The translations under genes and the position numbers were made by a program. From assembly GCA_963823675.1 (NCBI GenBank), contig CAWGMT010000013.1, positions 759,177 to 823,176 of the forward strand: a stretch of DNA of 64,000 nucleotides, read 5' to 3'. The notes under the pieces are model-generated. The model ran no database searches, was not told the DNA's origin, and was given only the letters and a program-made list of their open reading frames with translations. This DNA is from an uncultured Isosphaeraceae bacterium (GTDB lineage Bacteria > Planctomycetota > Planctomycetia > Isosphaerales > Isosphaeraceae). This document shows, one piece after another, positions 30,842 through 39,859 of this stretch (within the stretch, counting starts at the first letter, position 1; every line of letters begins with the position of its first letter).

Positions 30842-33190
30842 TTAGACAGGTTTGCTGCCGTCAACCGTGTCAGTCAGCGACGTCGCCGCGACGGCTTTCG
30901 CGGGTGCGGGAGGTGCTGCCGCCGCACCGTTGCTCTTGCCCGTGGGCGCCGCGAACGCCGGGTTGGTGCCGACGGATTGCTGAAGGCCAGCCATGACCTG
31001 ACGGGTCACCTCGTCGGTGAACGCCCTCAAGTCGGATCCTGCCGGTTGCTCAACAAGCTGGAATCCCGATTTCTCCGCGACCAAGAGGCTCACGAGCAAG
31101 CCGACAAGTCCGTTCCCCGCGCTCGCGCCCAAGCCCGGCTGGCCGTCGCTGCCCGTGCCGCCGCCAGCTCCGCCGGCGATGAATACCCGCTCGGGCACCA
31201 GCGGCTGGGTGCACTTCGCCAGGTTCTGGGCGACCACGGACAGGGCGTACAGCCGGGGATCCGAGAAGGAATTGATCTTCTGGAGCAAGACCGAGGCCTC
31301 GGACAGACCTTCCTGGAGAATACGGGCGCCTTCGCCGCGGCCGGCCAGGATGCGCTCCTGGCTGTGGGCCTGGGCGGTGACGACCACTTGCTCGGCCTGT
31401 TTGCGAGCCCGAGCGAGTTGGGCCTCGGCCTCATTCTCGGCGATGCGCACCTGAACCAGCGAGTTCGACAACTGGGTCTGCATCTGCGCCTGGGCCTGGG
31501 CTTCGTTGAGCACGCGCAGGTTCTGGGCCGCGGTGACCTGTTTCGAGTAGGTTTCGACCTGCTCAAGCGACAGTTGCCGCAACCGCAATTGCTCGAGCAA
31601 CGTCTCGATCTTGCCTCCGGCCTGCTGCGTGTCGGGCTTGCCGATCAGGACGTCGACACACTCGATGTCGAAATTGTGGAACTTTCTCCCCAGTTCGCCG
31701 CTCGACTCGCGCTGGATCGAGTCACGATCCTGAAGCAATTCCAGCATGGTTCGCTTGTGGGCGATATCCCGGAAGTAGGCGCTCAAGAGCGGGTCGAGCG
31801 TCTGGGTGATCAGCATCTTGACGTCGCCAAACCGCTGGATCACGCTGGGCGCCTTCTGGTAGTCGATGTGGACCACGACCGACAGGGGCAATGCCGGTTC
31901 GTAGGCGTCCTTGGTCACGAGGTCGATCGAGCGCAGGCTCTCGTCGTAGCGGTGCGCCTCGGTGCGGCCGGTGACCCAGTGCAAGACGAAGTTGGTCGTC
32001 GGCACCAGGACAATGCTCCCGGCATAGGTGTTGAAGGCGTACTTGCCCGGGCCGAGCGGTTTTTCCTGGACGCCCCGCTCGCCTTCAGCGACGCGTTCGC
32101 CGTGGCGGAACGTCTCGCCCGAGACGTCGTGGCCGCTCCGTCCGTAGTAACTGACGATCACGCCCACGTAGCCGATCGGGACGATCGTCTTGGGGATCGA
32201 CTCGATGGTGGCGAACCAGCGGTTGATGAAGTAAGTACCGTCGGTGAGCGGGACATATTGCTTACCGCGGCGTCCGCCGGCACGGAGGAACGCTTCGGTG
32301 TCCTGGAAATTGTTGTGGAAGTCCTTGTCGTTGCGGTCAACGCCCACGCCCGGGGCGATGATCTCACCCGGGGGAAGGCTCGGACCATCGTGAACCGCGA
32401 CGATTCCTATGCTGTCGACCGTCAACATTCGGCCAGGGTAGAGCGGGTCGGGCGCTTCAACGGGACCGCCAATGATGACGGGATCGAACCCGTCGATCTC
32501 GTTCAGCTCGTTCTGCCAGCTCACGAGCGTCTTCAGCTCCTTGGAGCCTCCCGCTTCCAGCCGGTAAACCGTCTCCTGGGTCATAACCGTGAAGAGGGCG
32601 AGGTTGATCGCGTAGACACCTTCACGCAGGAAGGCCCGCTGACGTCCTCGCTGGCCGAGCATCGGCTCCTGGTCCGGACTTGTCGCCTCACCCGAAAGGA
32701 AGCGGCGGGCATCCTGAAAGTTGTTGCAATCGATCACATGGCCCAGCGTCTGGCTTGGCCGCAGTGCTTCGCCGCCGCGGGCATATACGTAACCGATTTT
32801 TCCTTGGGGTACCGCGACGAGCGGAACTTTGTGAATACGGAACTGCCAGCGCCAGAGCCCAAAATGCAAGCCGCCGCGCAGGACTTCGGCCTGGAACCCG
32901 GCTTCCCCCGCCAGCGCGATGATCCCACCCTCGGGTACAGACCCCTTGAGCGACCAGAGTTTCTCGACGATCCCGACCCGGTTGTTGGCGATGTAGCGCA
33001 AACCGGCCAGTTCGCTCGCCACCACGATCGCAACGATGATACCCAGAAGTGTAAAACCTACCGGCGACCACGACGAGGACGCAGCGAACAGCGGCGGCAC
33101 GCCCGGTGAAATCGATGCCGCCAACAGCGATGCCACGTGCTCTGCGAGTGGCGACCACACAGTTCTTCTCCTTGACGAACGGACGCTCAT
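30842..33190 (-). CDS. flotillin-like SPFH/band-7 domain protein (long, 782 aa)
   Basis: N-terminal TM, SPFH core, then a long coiled coil with an EAQAQAQMQ repeat and a flotillin-type EA-rich heptad region. C-terminal Gly/Ala-rich tail. The antisense 851-aa ORF is spurious. Confidence 0.8.
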   Translation of the reverse strand: MSVRSSRRRTVWSPLAEHVASLLAASISPGVPPLFAASSSWSPVGFTLLGIIVAIVVASELAGLRYIANNRVGIVEKLWSLKGSVPEGGIIALAGEAGFQAEVLRGGLHFGLWRWQFRIHKVPLVAVPQGKIGYVYARGGEALRPSQTLGHVIDCNNFQDARRFLSGEATSPDQEPMLGQRGRQRAFLREGVYAINLALFTVMTQETVYRLEAGGSKELKTLVSWQNELNEIDGFDPVIIGGPVEAPDPLYPGRMLTVDSIGIVAVHDGPSLPPGEIIAPGVGVDRNDKDFHNNFQDTEAFLRAGGRRGKQYVPLTDGTYFINRWFATIESIPKTIVPIGYVGVIVSYYGRSGHDVSGETFRHGERVAEGERGVQEKPLGPGKYAFNTYAGSIVLVPTTNFVLHWVTGRTEAHRYDESLRSIDLVTKDAYEPALPLSVVVHIDYQKAPSVIQRFGDVKMLITQTLDPLLSAYFRDIAHKRTMLELLQDRDSIQRESSGELGRKFHNFDIECVDVLIGKPDTQQAGGKIETLLEQLRLRQLSLEQVETYSKQVTAAQNLRVLNEAQAQAQMQTQLSNSLVQVRIAENEAEAQLARARKQAEQVVVTAQAHSQERILAGRGEGARILQEGLSEASVLLQKINSFSDPRLYALSVVAQNLAKCTQPLVPERVFIAGGAGGGTGSDGQPGLGASAGNGLVGLLVSLLVAEKSGFQLVEQPAGSDLRAFTDEVTRQVMAGLQQSVGTNPAFAAPTGKSNGAAAAPPAPAKAVAATSLTDTVDGSKPV

Positions 33191-33354
33191 GGGCTGCTCG
33201 CGGGACGACCCATCACGAGACTCAGCCTATCTGAAGCATAACCGATTCTTCAGCCCCGAGGGATCGTTCGGCCCCCCGAGTTGACGGTTATTCGTCACCG
33301 GCGTCGAATATTGGACGAAATCCACCACGGGAGAACCTCCAGAAGGCCACGCCG

Positions 33355-33957
33355 TTGACTCCGCCGCAAACGAGCGCTTACGCTCTAGGGATGAGCTACG
33401 AAGTCGAACTCAAATACCGGCTGGCCGATTCCGACCGGCTCGTCCGGCGGCTCGCGGAGCTTGGCGCCTCGGCATGCACGTCGATGGTTCAGGCGGATGT
33501 TTATCTCAGCCACCCGTCGCGCGACTTTGCCCAGACCCATGAAGCCCTGCGCATACGACGTACCGGAAACGAGAATCGTGTCACCTACAAGGGGCCCCGC
33601 AAGAGCGGGCCGACCAAGACGCGCGAGGAGATTGAGATCCGGTTCGCCGACGGTGACGAGGCTTGCGAGCAGTTGGCCCGATTGCTGGAAAACCTGGGGT
33701 TCCGTCCGGTCGCGACGGTGCGGAAGCAACGCACCACCTTCCGGTTGACCGAATCCGCTCGACTGCTGGAGATCGCCATCGACGTCGCGGACGGATTGGG
33801 CCAGTTCGCCGAGATCGAGGCTCAGGCTGCCAATGAGGCCGATCTCCCCGCAGCCCAGGCGGCTGTTCTCGCGGCAGCCGATCAACTGGGATTGACCGAA
33901 GTCGAGCCGCGAACATACCTTCGGATGTTACTCCAGGCACGGGCCCAATCAACCTGA
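33355..33957 (+). CDS. CYTH-domain protein (CyaB/thiamine-triphosphatase-like class IV adenylyl cyclase fold)
   Basis: The YEVELKYRL signature EXEXK motif is at the N-terminus. The probable start is MSYEVE at 33394. Confidence 0.7.
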   Translation: MTPPQTSAYALGMSYEVELKYRLADSDRLVRRLAELGASACTSMVQADVYLSHPSRDFAQTHEALRIRRTGNENRVTYKGPRKSGPTKTREEIEIRFADGDEACEQLARLLENLGFRPVATVRKQRTTFRLTESARLLEIAIDVADGLGQFAEIEAQAANEADLPAAQAAVLAAADQLGLTEVEPRTYLRMLLQARAQST

Positions 33958-34167
33958 GCCAGCGGGCGCCAGGTGCCAGGCCAAGGCGGCATGCGCCTTG
34001 GTGGAACGAGTTCAACGAGTCCGGCCCTCGCCAATCTGCCTAGTCAGGGCACGGCGATTGTGGTAAGAACAGCAACCTCCCAGGGGACGGGAGGTTGAAG
34101 CCATTTCTCATTTCTTCGACCACCCCCGTCGGATCAAGCGTGCCCCTTCACTTAGGAGTTCCGCGCG

Positions 34168-35016
34168 ATGGAACGCCGCCGGTTTGTTCCCTCCTCCGAA
34201 AGCCTCGAAGGACGCACGCTCCAGGCAACCGTCAACCCGTTCAATCCATTCGGCGCCCAGGTAACCAGCAACCTGAATATCCCGATCTCATACCAGCAAA
34301 AGGCACTCAGGATCGAGCGCCTGCCGTACTATCTGGAGAAGATCCGCCCGGGCCGGTTCATCCCCAAGCCCGAAATCCAGGAAATCACGGATGCCTTGTT
34401 CAACATGATGGACGCCATTCGTAGACCGCCGCCGGCGGCTCTCAATCGTTACAACTACGAGCTTCGTCCTGTTGTCTCCAAGCAATCCCTGTCCGCTTCC
34501 GACATTCATCGACTCGACTATTCGTTCAACGCCGTCTTGCGCTCGGCCGAGACGCCTCCGGGGTCGACCTATCTGATGAGCGCGGCGTTGTTTCAAATGG
34601 TGAGTCAAGTCGATACCGCCAGCCCGCAGCCGGTCTACCTCGGCACCAACGACTACTCACTCGTGCTCCAGACCGCTTTGGCGATCGGCCGGCCCATGCC
34701 CAGCCCGGCAGTACCCAAGATCGCCAGAAACAACGGAATCCAGGCCGACGCTCAGCGCATCAAGACTCCGCTCCACCACCCGACATTGGTCGGCACTTAC
34801 CACTTCCACACCTACATGCAAATCATCTCGCCCGCCGGAATCGTGTTCGGCACCACCAATGTCCACAGGAACAACAACTACAAACTGGACGTGACCACTC
34901 CGCTCCCTGTCGGCACCTACGAGTTCCGCTTACAGGCGGTCAACGACGTCGGTCACATAAGTCGCGTCAGCAAACCATTCCTGATCAAGGTCGTGCCGAA
35001 ACGCAAGCATCACTAG
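34168..35016 (+). CDS. hypothetical secreted protein with the Planctomycete-type N-terminal motif MERRRFVPSSESLEGRTLQA
   Basis: 282-aa ORF with slightly lower GC than its neighbours. The N-terminus resembles the recurrent RR..F..LE.LE.R.L motif of Planctomycete extracellular proteins. Confidence 0.5.
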   Translation: MERRRFVPSSESLEGRTLQATVNPFNPFGAQVTSNLNIPISYQQKALRIERLPYYLEKIRPGRFIPKPEIQEITDALFNMMDAIRRPPPAALNRYNYELRPVVSKQSLSASDIHRLDYSFNAVLRSAETPPGSTYLMSAALFQMVSQVDTASPQPVYLGTNDYSLVLQTALAIGRPMPSPAVPKIARNNGIQADAQRIKTPLHHPTLVGTYHFHTYMQIISPAGIVFGTTNVHRNNNYKLDVTTPLPVGTYEFRLQAVNDVGHISRVSKPFLIKVVPKRKHH

Positions 35017-35428
35017 ACGACTGCCTGACAAACGCCGGCGGCAGGCACGCGACGTTTCGCTAAAGAGGCGGCTTCGCCTTGAAGCCTGGGAGCGGCCATC
35101 TCATAATAGACCCCTTCGCTCAGAATGATCGTTAAATCGCGAGGCATGGGTATCTGGCATCGGCCGTCGCCACCAAGAGAACCTGGACAGCTTATGAAAA
35201 CCAAGACCCGGCACCGAAAAAGCTATAAATGGCGCAAGAAGTGCGATAGTTCGCCCATTGCGAAGGGGCGTCGTGCCAAGATTCACGGCGTGCGTAATCC
35301 GAGAAAAGCCGGCCGTGCCGGCGGCTACGATCTCTGATTCGGGCCCGGCACGGTGCGGGCCACCGCCGCGCGTGGCTCGGCTGGTACTCCTCGGACCCGA
35401 AGGTTAACCCCGGCGGTGTAAATTGGGG

Positions 35429-36658
35429 TTACATGCCGCCTAGAATATGCGCTCGGCCGACGCGGGAGATCGCCTTCATGAACGCAGCCGTGCGCAGCGT
35501 GACCCCCTTTCGCTCCGCCAGGTCGTACATCTCGCGAAAGGCGTCGACGAGCCGGATTTCTTCTTCGCGCTGGATCTGTTCGAGCGGCCAGCGGAAGTGC
35601 TGAAGGTTCTGGACCCATTCGAAGTAGCTGACGATGACGCCGCCGGCGTTGGCGAGCACGTCCGGGACCACCACGATGCCGCGCGAATTGAAGATCTCGT
35701 CGGCTTCCGGGCGAGTCGGCCCATTGGCGGCCTCGACGATCATCTGGGCTGAAACCGCCTTGGCCATATCACGGTCGAAGATGCCTCCCAAGGCTGCGGG
35801 GATCAGGACATCCACGGGCATGGTCAGGAGCTGCTCGTTCGTGGCGGCGTCGCCCCCCTGGAAGCCGACGATCTTGTGTGACATCGCGACGTGCTTATCG
35901 AGTTCGGCGATGTCGAGGCCTTCGCGATTGACCGCGGCGCCATAAGCGTCGCTGACCCCGATGATCTTGCCGCCGAGCTGATACAGGCAACGAGCCGTGT
36001 AGCTGCCCACATTGCCGTAACCCTGAATGGCGAAAGTCGTACCGGCAACAGCCCGTTTGAGCCGCGCGAGGGCTTCGCGGGTGATGATCGCCACGCCGTA
36101 GCCGGTCGCCGCCTCGCGGCCGGCTGAACCGTGAAATTCGACCGGCTTGCCCGTGACGCAGGCTGGGTGAAACCCCTCATATTTCGAATACTCGTTCATG
36201 ATCCACGCCATCACCTGCGCGTCGGTCCCCATGTCGGGCGCGGGAATATCCTTGTACGGCCCGATCATATCGTGAATTTTCTCGATGAACTTCCGGGTCA
36301 AGCGTTCTAACTCTGGCTTGGACAACTTGTTAGGATTGCAGTTGATCCCTCCCTTGGCGCCGCCGTAGGGAAGATCGACGATCGCGGTTTTCCAGGTCAT
36401 CAAGCTGGCCAGCGATCGGGCCTCGTCGTCATCGATTTGGGGGTGGTATCGCAACCCGCCCTTGTAGGGCCCCCGGGCATTGTCATGCTGGACCCGGTAG
36501 CCGATGAAGTTGCCGATGTCGCCGGAATCCAGCTCGATCACAACTTCAACCCGGACCTCACGATCAGGGGTGATCAGCAGCGTGCGGACGTTGTCACTGA
36601 GACTGAGGCACTTGGCCGCCTGATCGAAATAATGGTTGGTGGCCTCGGAGGCTTGCAT
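35429..36658 (-). CDS. gdhA: NAD(P)-dependent glutamate dehydrogenase
   Basis: The GGAKGG active-site region (KTAIVDLPYGGAKGG) and a Rossmann GYGNVG. Confidence 0.9.
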   Translation of the reverse strand: MQASEATNHYFDQAAKCLSLSDNVRTLLITPDREVRVEVVIELDSGDIGNFIGYRVQHDNARGPYKGGLRYHPQIDDDEARSLASLMTWKTAIVDLPYGGAKGGINCNPNKLSKPELERLTRKFIEKIHDMIGPYKDIPAPDMGTDAQVMAWIMNEYSKYEGFHPACVTGKPVEFHGSAGREAATGYGVAIITREALARLKRAVAGTTFAIQGYGNVGSYTARCLYQLGGKIIGVSDAYGAAVNREGLDIAELDKHVAMSHKIVGFQGGDAATNEQLLTMPVDVLIPAALGGIFDRDMAKAVSAQMIVEAANGPTRPEADEIFNSRGIVVVPDVLANAGGVIVSYFEWVQNLQHFRWPLEQIQREEEIRLVDAFREMYDLAERKGVTLRTAAFMKAISRVGRAHILGGM

Positions 36659-36911
36659 CAGATCGCCGGTCCCGTGTTAACTGGAAGCGTTGCCGATTGA
36701 GGGGATTGTTCCATAACGCCCAGATCCTAACGGACCACCCGCGCGGGCCGCAATGGCAGTGGCCGACCACGGCGATCGAGCCGGCGGCCACACGCCGCGT
36801 CCCGGACTGGGCGCGGGCGCCCTTCAACGATTCCGAGTGCGTCCGGCGGGAACGGGTGATCGTGCGAAAGTCGATCGATGTTCGACCCGAAAGGTGCAGG
36901 GGTGACTCAAG

Positions 36912-37685
36912 ATGCAACCATGGCGGCTCGATGAGTTGAACTACGGCAAAGTCAAATCGACGACCGCTTACGAGGTCGCGGTCTTGCCGCTCGGCGCGAC
37001 CGAGCCGCACAACCTCCACCTCCCTTATGGCACCGATACCTTTCAGGTCGAAGCGATCGCCCAGCGAGCGTGCTCGCTTGCGCATGAGCAGGGTGCGCGG
37101 GTGCTCTTGCTGCCCGCAATTCCTTACGGCACCGAGACCAACCAGATGCAGTTCCCGCTGGCGATGAATCTCAACCCGTCGACTCTGGCCCGGGTGATCA
37201 CCGACTTGGTCGACTCGCTGGCGGCTCATGGAATCCTGCGCTGCGTGCTCTTGAACGGCCATGGCGGCAACGACCTGAAGTGGGTGCTCCGCGAGCTTCA
37301 TCGAGCAACGCCCGTGCGGCTGTTTCTCTGCAACTGGTACAAGGTTGCCAGTGACGTGTACGCGACGATCTTCGAGCAAAAGGACGATCACGCCGGAGAA
37401 ATGGAGACCAGCATGGGGCTTTGCCACTTTCCCGATCTGGTCGCGCTGGAAGAAGCCGATGCCGGGGCGATCAAGCCGAGCCGGTTCGAGGCGGTCAACC
37501 GGGGCTGGGTCGAGATCACGCGGCCGTGGCACCTGCTCACGACCAACTCGGGAGCCGGCGACCCACGCGCCGCCACCGCGGCCAAGGGCGAGAAGCTCAC
37601 TGCGCTTGTCGCGTCACGAATCAGCTCATTTCTCCGGGAGCTGGCCCAGAGCCCGCTCGATGAGACTTTTCCATTCGAAAGATGA
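36912..37685 (+). CDS. creatininase-family amidohydrolase
   Basis: LPLGATEPHNLHLPYGTD and the GHGGN motif. Confidence 0.75.
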   Translation: MQPWRLDELNYGKVKSTTAYEVAVLPLGATEPHNLHLPYGTDTFQVEAIAQRACSLAHEQGARVLLLPAIPYGTETNQMQFPLAMNLNPSTLARVITDLVDSLAAHGILRCVLLNGHGGNDLKWVLRELHRATPVRLFLCNWYKVASDVYATIFEQKDDHAGEMETSMGLCHFPDLVALEEADAGAIKPSRFEAVNRGWVEITRPWHLLTTNSGAGDPRAATAAKGEKLTALVASRISSFLRELAQSPLDETFPFER

Positions 37686-37694
37686 TAACTAGCC

Positions 37695-38726
37695 GTGGAT
37701 ATCGCAATGTTCCGATGTGATATGGATCGCCGGTACGTCAAGCTCGCCGCGCTCCTGGCGGTGGAGGCCGGTTTGTGGCTTGCGGTCGCGGGCGGCTGCG
37801 GGCCCGCCGGGCCGGGCCGCACGGGTGACCGGGCGAGTGCGACGGATGGCCAGCCGGGAGCCCGCAAGAACCTGGCCGCCTCGGGCGTCGTCTTGACCGA
37901 CTACTTGCTCAAAGGGGTTGTCAGGAAGGTCGAGAAAGACAATGGGCATGTGACAATACGCCATCAAGCGATTCCCGGCTTCATGGATGCGATGACCATG
38001 CGGTTTTCGCTCAAGGACAGCGCTCTGCTGGCGGAACTGCGGCCGGGGGACGAAGTCGAGGGCACATTGCGGGTCGAGACGCGAGGCGGCGTGGTCAACG
38101 ACTACGAGCTGCGCGGCCTGGCCGTGACCAAGCCCGCGCCGCGACAAGCCATGATCATCGACCTGGCCAAGGGAAAGATGCAACTGCGCGCCGCGCCCAA
38201 GCGGCTCGAGGTGGGAGACCCGGTTGCGGATTTCGCCATGACCATGCAGGACGGTAAGCTCGTGCGGCTTGCCGACCTGCGCGGCAAGGTGGTCGCGCTC
38301 ACCTTCATCTACACGCGCTGTCCACTCCCCGATTTCTGTCCGCTCATGGACCGTAAGTTCTCGGCGCTCGCCCAGAGCATCGGCGCTTTCCCCGAACGCG
38401 CCAAGTACATCCGTTTAATCTCACTTTCATTTGATCCAGAGCATGACACTCCCGAAATCTTGCGCAAGCACGCGCTCATTCGCGGGGCGACGCCGCCGCT
38501 CTGGTCCTATGCGGTTGCCAGCCATGAAGAACTCGCGAAGATCGCGCCGGCGCTCGGCCTTTTTTACGGGCCCACCCAGGGCGAGGTCGCCCATAATCTC
38601 TGCACGGCCGTCATCGATCGAGAGGGAAAGCTGGCTCGCGTTGAAGTTGGAACGCAGAGCAACCGATGGGAAACTGCGGATCTCCTCAAAACAGTTTATT
38701 CTCTTATCCCGACTTCAGGAAAATGA
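37695..38726 (+). CDS. SCO1/SenC-family copper chaperone fused to an N-terminal CusF-like Cu(I)-binding domain
   Basis: N-terminal HQAIPGFMDAMTMRF (Met/His-rich CusF-type). C-terminal thioredoxin-like FIYTRCPLPDFCP (the CxxxC of SCO). Confidence 0.8.
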   Translation: MDIAMFRCDMDRRYVKLAALLAVEAGLWLAVAGGCGPAGPGRTGDRASATDGQPGARKNLAASGVVLTDYLLKGVVRKVEKDNGHVTIRHQAIPGFMDAMTMRFSLKDSALLAELRPGDEVEGTLRVETRGGVVNDYELRGLAVTKPAPRQAMIIDLAKGKMQLRAAPKRLEVGDPVADFAMTMQDGKLVRLADLRGKVVALTFIYTRCPLPDFCPLMDRKFSALAQSIGAFPERAKYIRLISLSFDPEHDTPEILRKHALIRGATPPLWSYAVASHEELAKIAPALGLFYGPTQGEVAHNLCTAVIDREGKLARVEVGTQSNRWETADLLKTVYSLIPTSGK

Positions 38727-39289
38727 TGGCGCTATCGCTGTCTTACCCGATCTGCTTTTGCTAGAAGGCGTTGCGGCAGATTTCGGCTCCTGGGGCGGCC
38801 GGCCGGTTGATTCGTTCCTGCCACCTGTCGGCCCCGACGATACGGCATTGGCTTGCTCGAACAAATGTGACGGATCAAAGCGATATAAAAGATTGCAGAT
38901 TACGGTTGACACTTCTTAGAATAACCTTAAGATGTCCTCAAGCACCCACGTTGAGATAAGTTCGCGCAAGATCGTGATGGGGCTGTTGTCGGATATCGTC
39001 GGGTCATGCGTCAATTGATCGACGTGGCCGTTGGTGGTCGGGCAACCTTGACTTAAGGCGTAATCAGCAAGGCTTTGCGCTGGTCTAGTGCCCGCACGCC
39101 AAACTGAGTTTCAGGTCGGCATCCTGGCTTGCAACCGCCAATTCGTGGAGCGAATGCTGGTTGCCTGAGGGCGAAGTAGGTCCACGGGCGACTACATGCG
39201 ATGCCGTGAGCCCCGGAGATGGAGTCGGGGGTGCGGACGATCTGCCGCGCGCCAGCAACCGAACCAATTCAGGTCAGGAGGCCATTGTC

Positions 39290-39652
39290 ATGCCGCCATC
39301 AGTCAAAACCAGTGTCAAGAACGCCCCCAGCGCCAAGGCCGCTCCGGGCCGGCCCAAGGCCGTCAAGGCAGCCGAGCAGCGGTATCATCAGGCACGCCGC
39401 GCCTCGATCCTGCTCAAGCACGTCAGCGATCCGACCCGGCTTCAGGTCATCATGATCCTGTCGGAGGGAGAGCGGCATGTCGGCGCACTGTGCTCGCAGC
39501 TCAGCCAGAGCCAGCCCGCCGTCAGCCATCACCTCGCCCTCCTGCGCCACGGCGGCATCATCGCCCCTCGCCGCCAGGGCAAGAACAACTTCTACAGCCT
39601 CACCGATACCGGCTCCGACCTCGCACGCGTCGTCAAGAACCTGATCGCTTGA
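39290..39652 (+). CDS. ArsR/SmtB-family metalloregulatory transcription factor
   Basis: HTH LCSQLSQSQPAVSHHLALLRHGGII. The start is at MPPSVK (the ORF track begins earlier at 39161). Confidence 0.8.
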   Translation: MPPSVKTSVKNAPSAKAAPGRPKAVKAAEQRYHQARRASILLKHVSDPTRLQVIMILSEGERHVGALCSQLSQSQPAVSHHLALLRHGGIIAPRRQGKNNFYSLTDTGSDLARVVKNLIA

Positions 39653-39859
39653 TCGCTCGGCCCGCATTCACGCGCAACACGACGAGTGCAGGACATCAAG
39701 CATGCAGTCACTTGCGCGCGAACCGCCGAAGAACCTCGCCCCCTTGCTAAGGGGGGGCAGGGGGGGTGAGCGCGGCACCACCAACGGCTCGGCCAGAGTC
39801 GTGCTTTTCCCCCGAGGGCGTTCGCCACGGCGTTGCTAGCGAGCTGTTCACCCCCGCTT

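Noticed and set aside
30554-33109. 851-aa ORF on the plus strand
   Set aside because: It is entirely antisense to the flotillin gene. The translation is Arg/Gly/Ala-rich low-complexity sequence typical of spurious GC-rich antisense frames.
36594-37532. 312-aa minus-strand ORF
   Set aside because: It is antisense to the creatininase gene.
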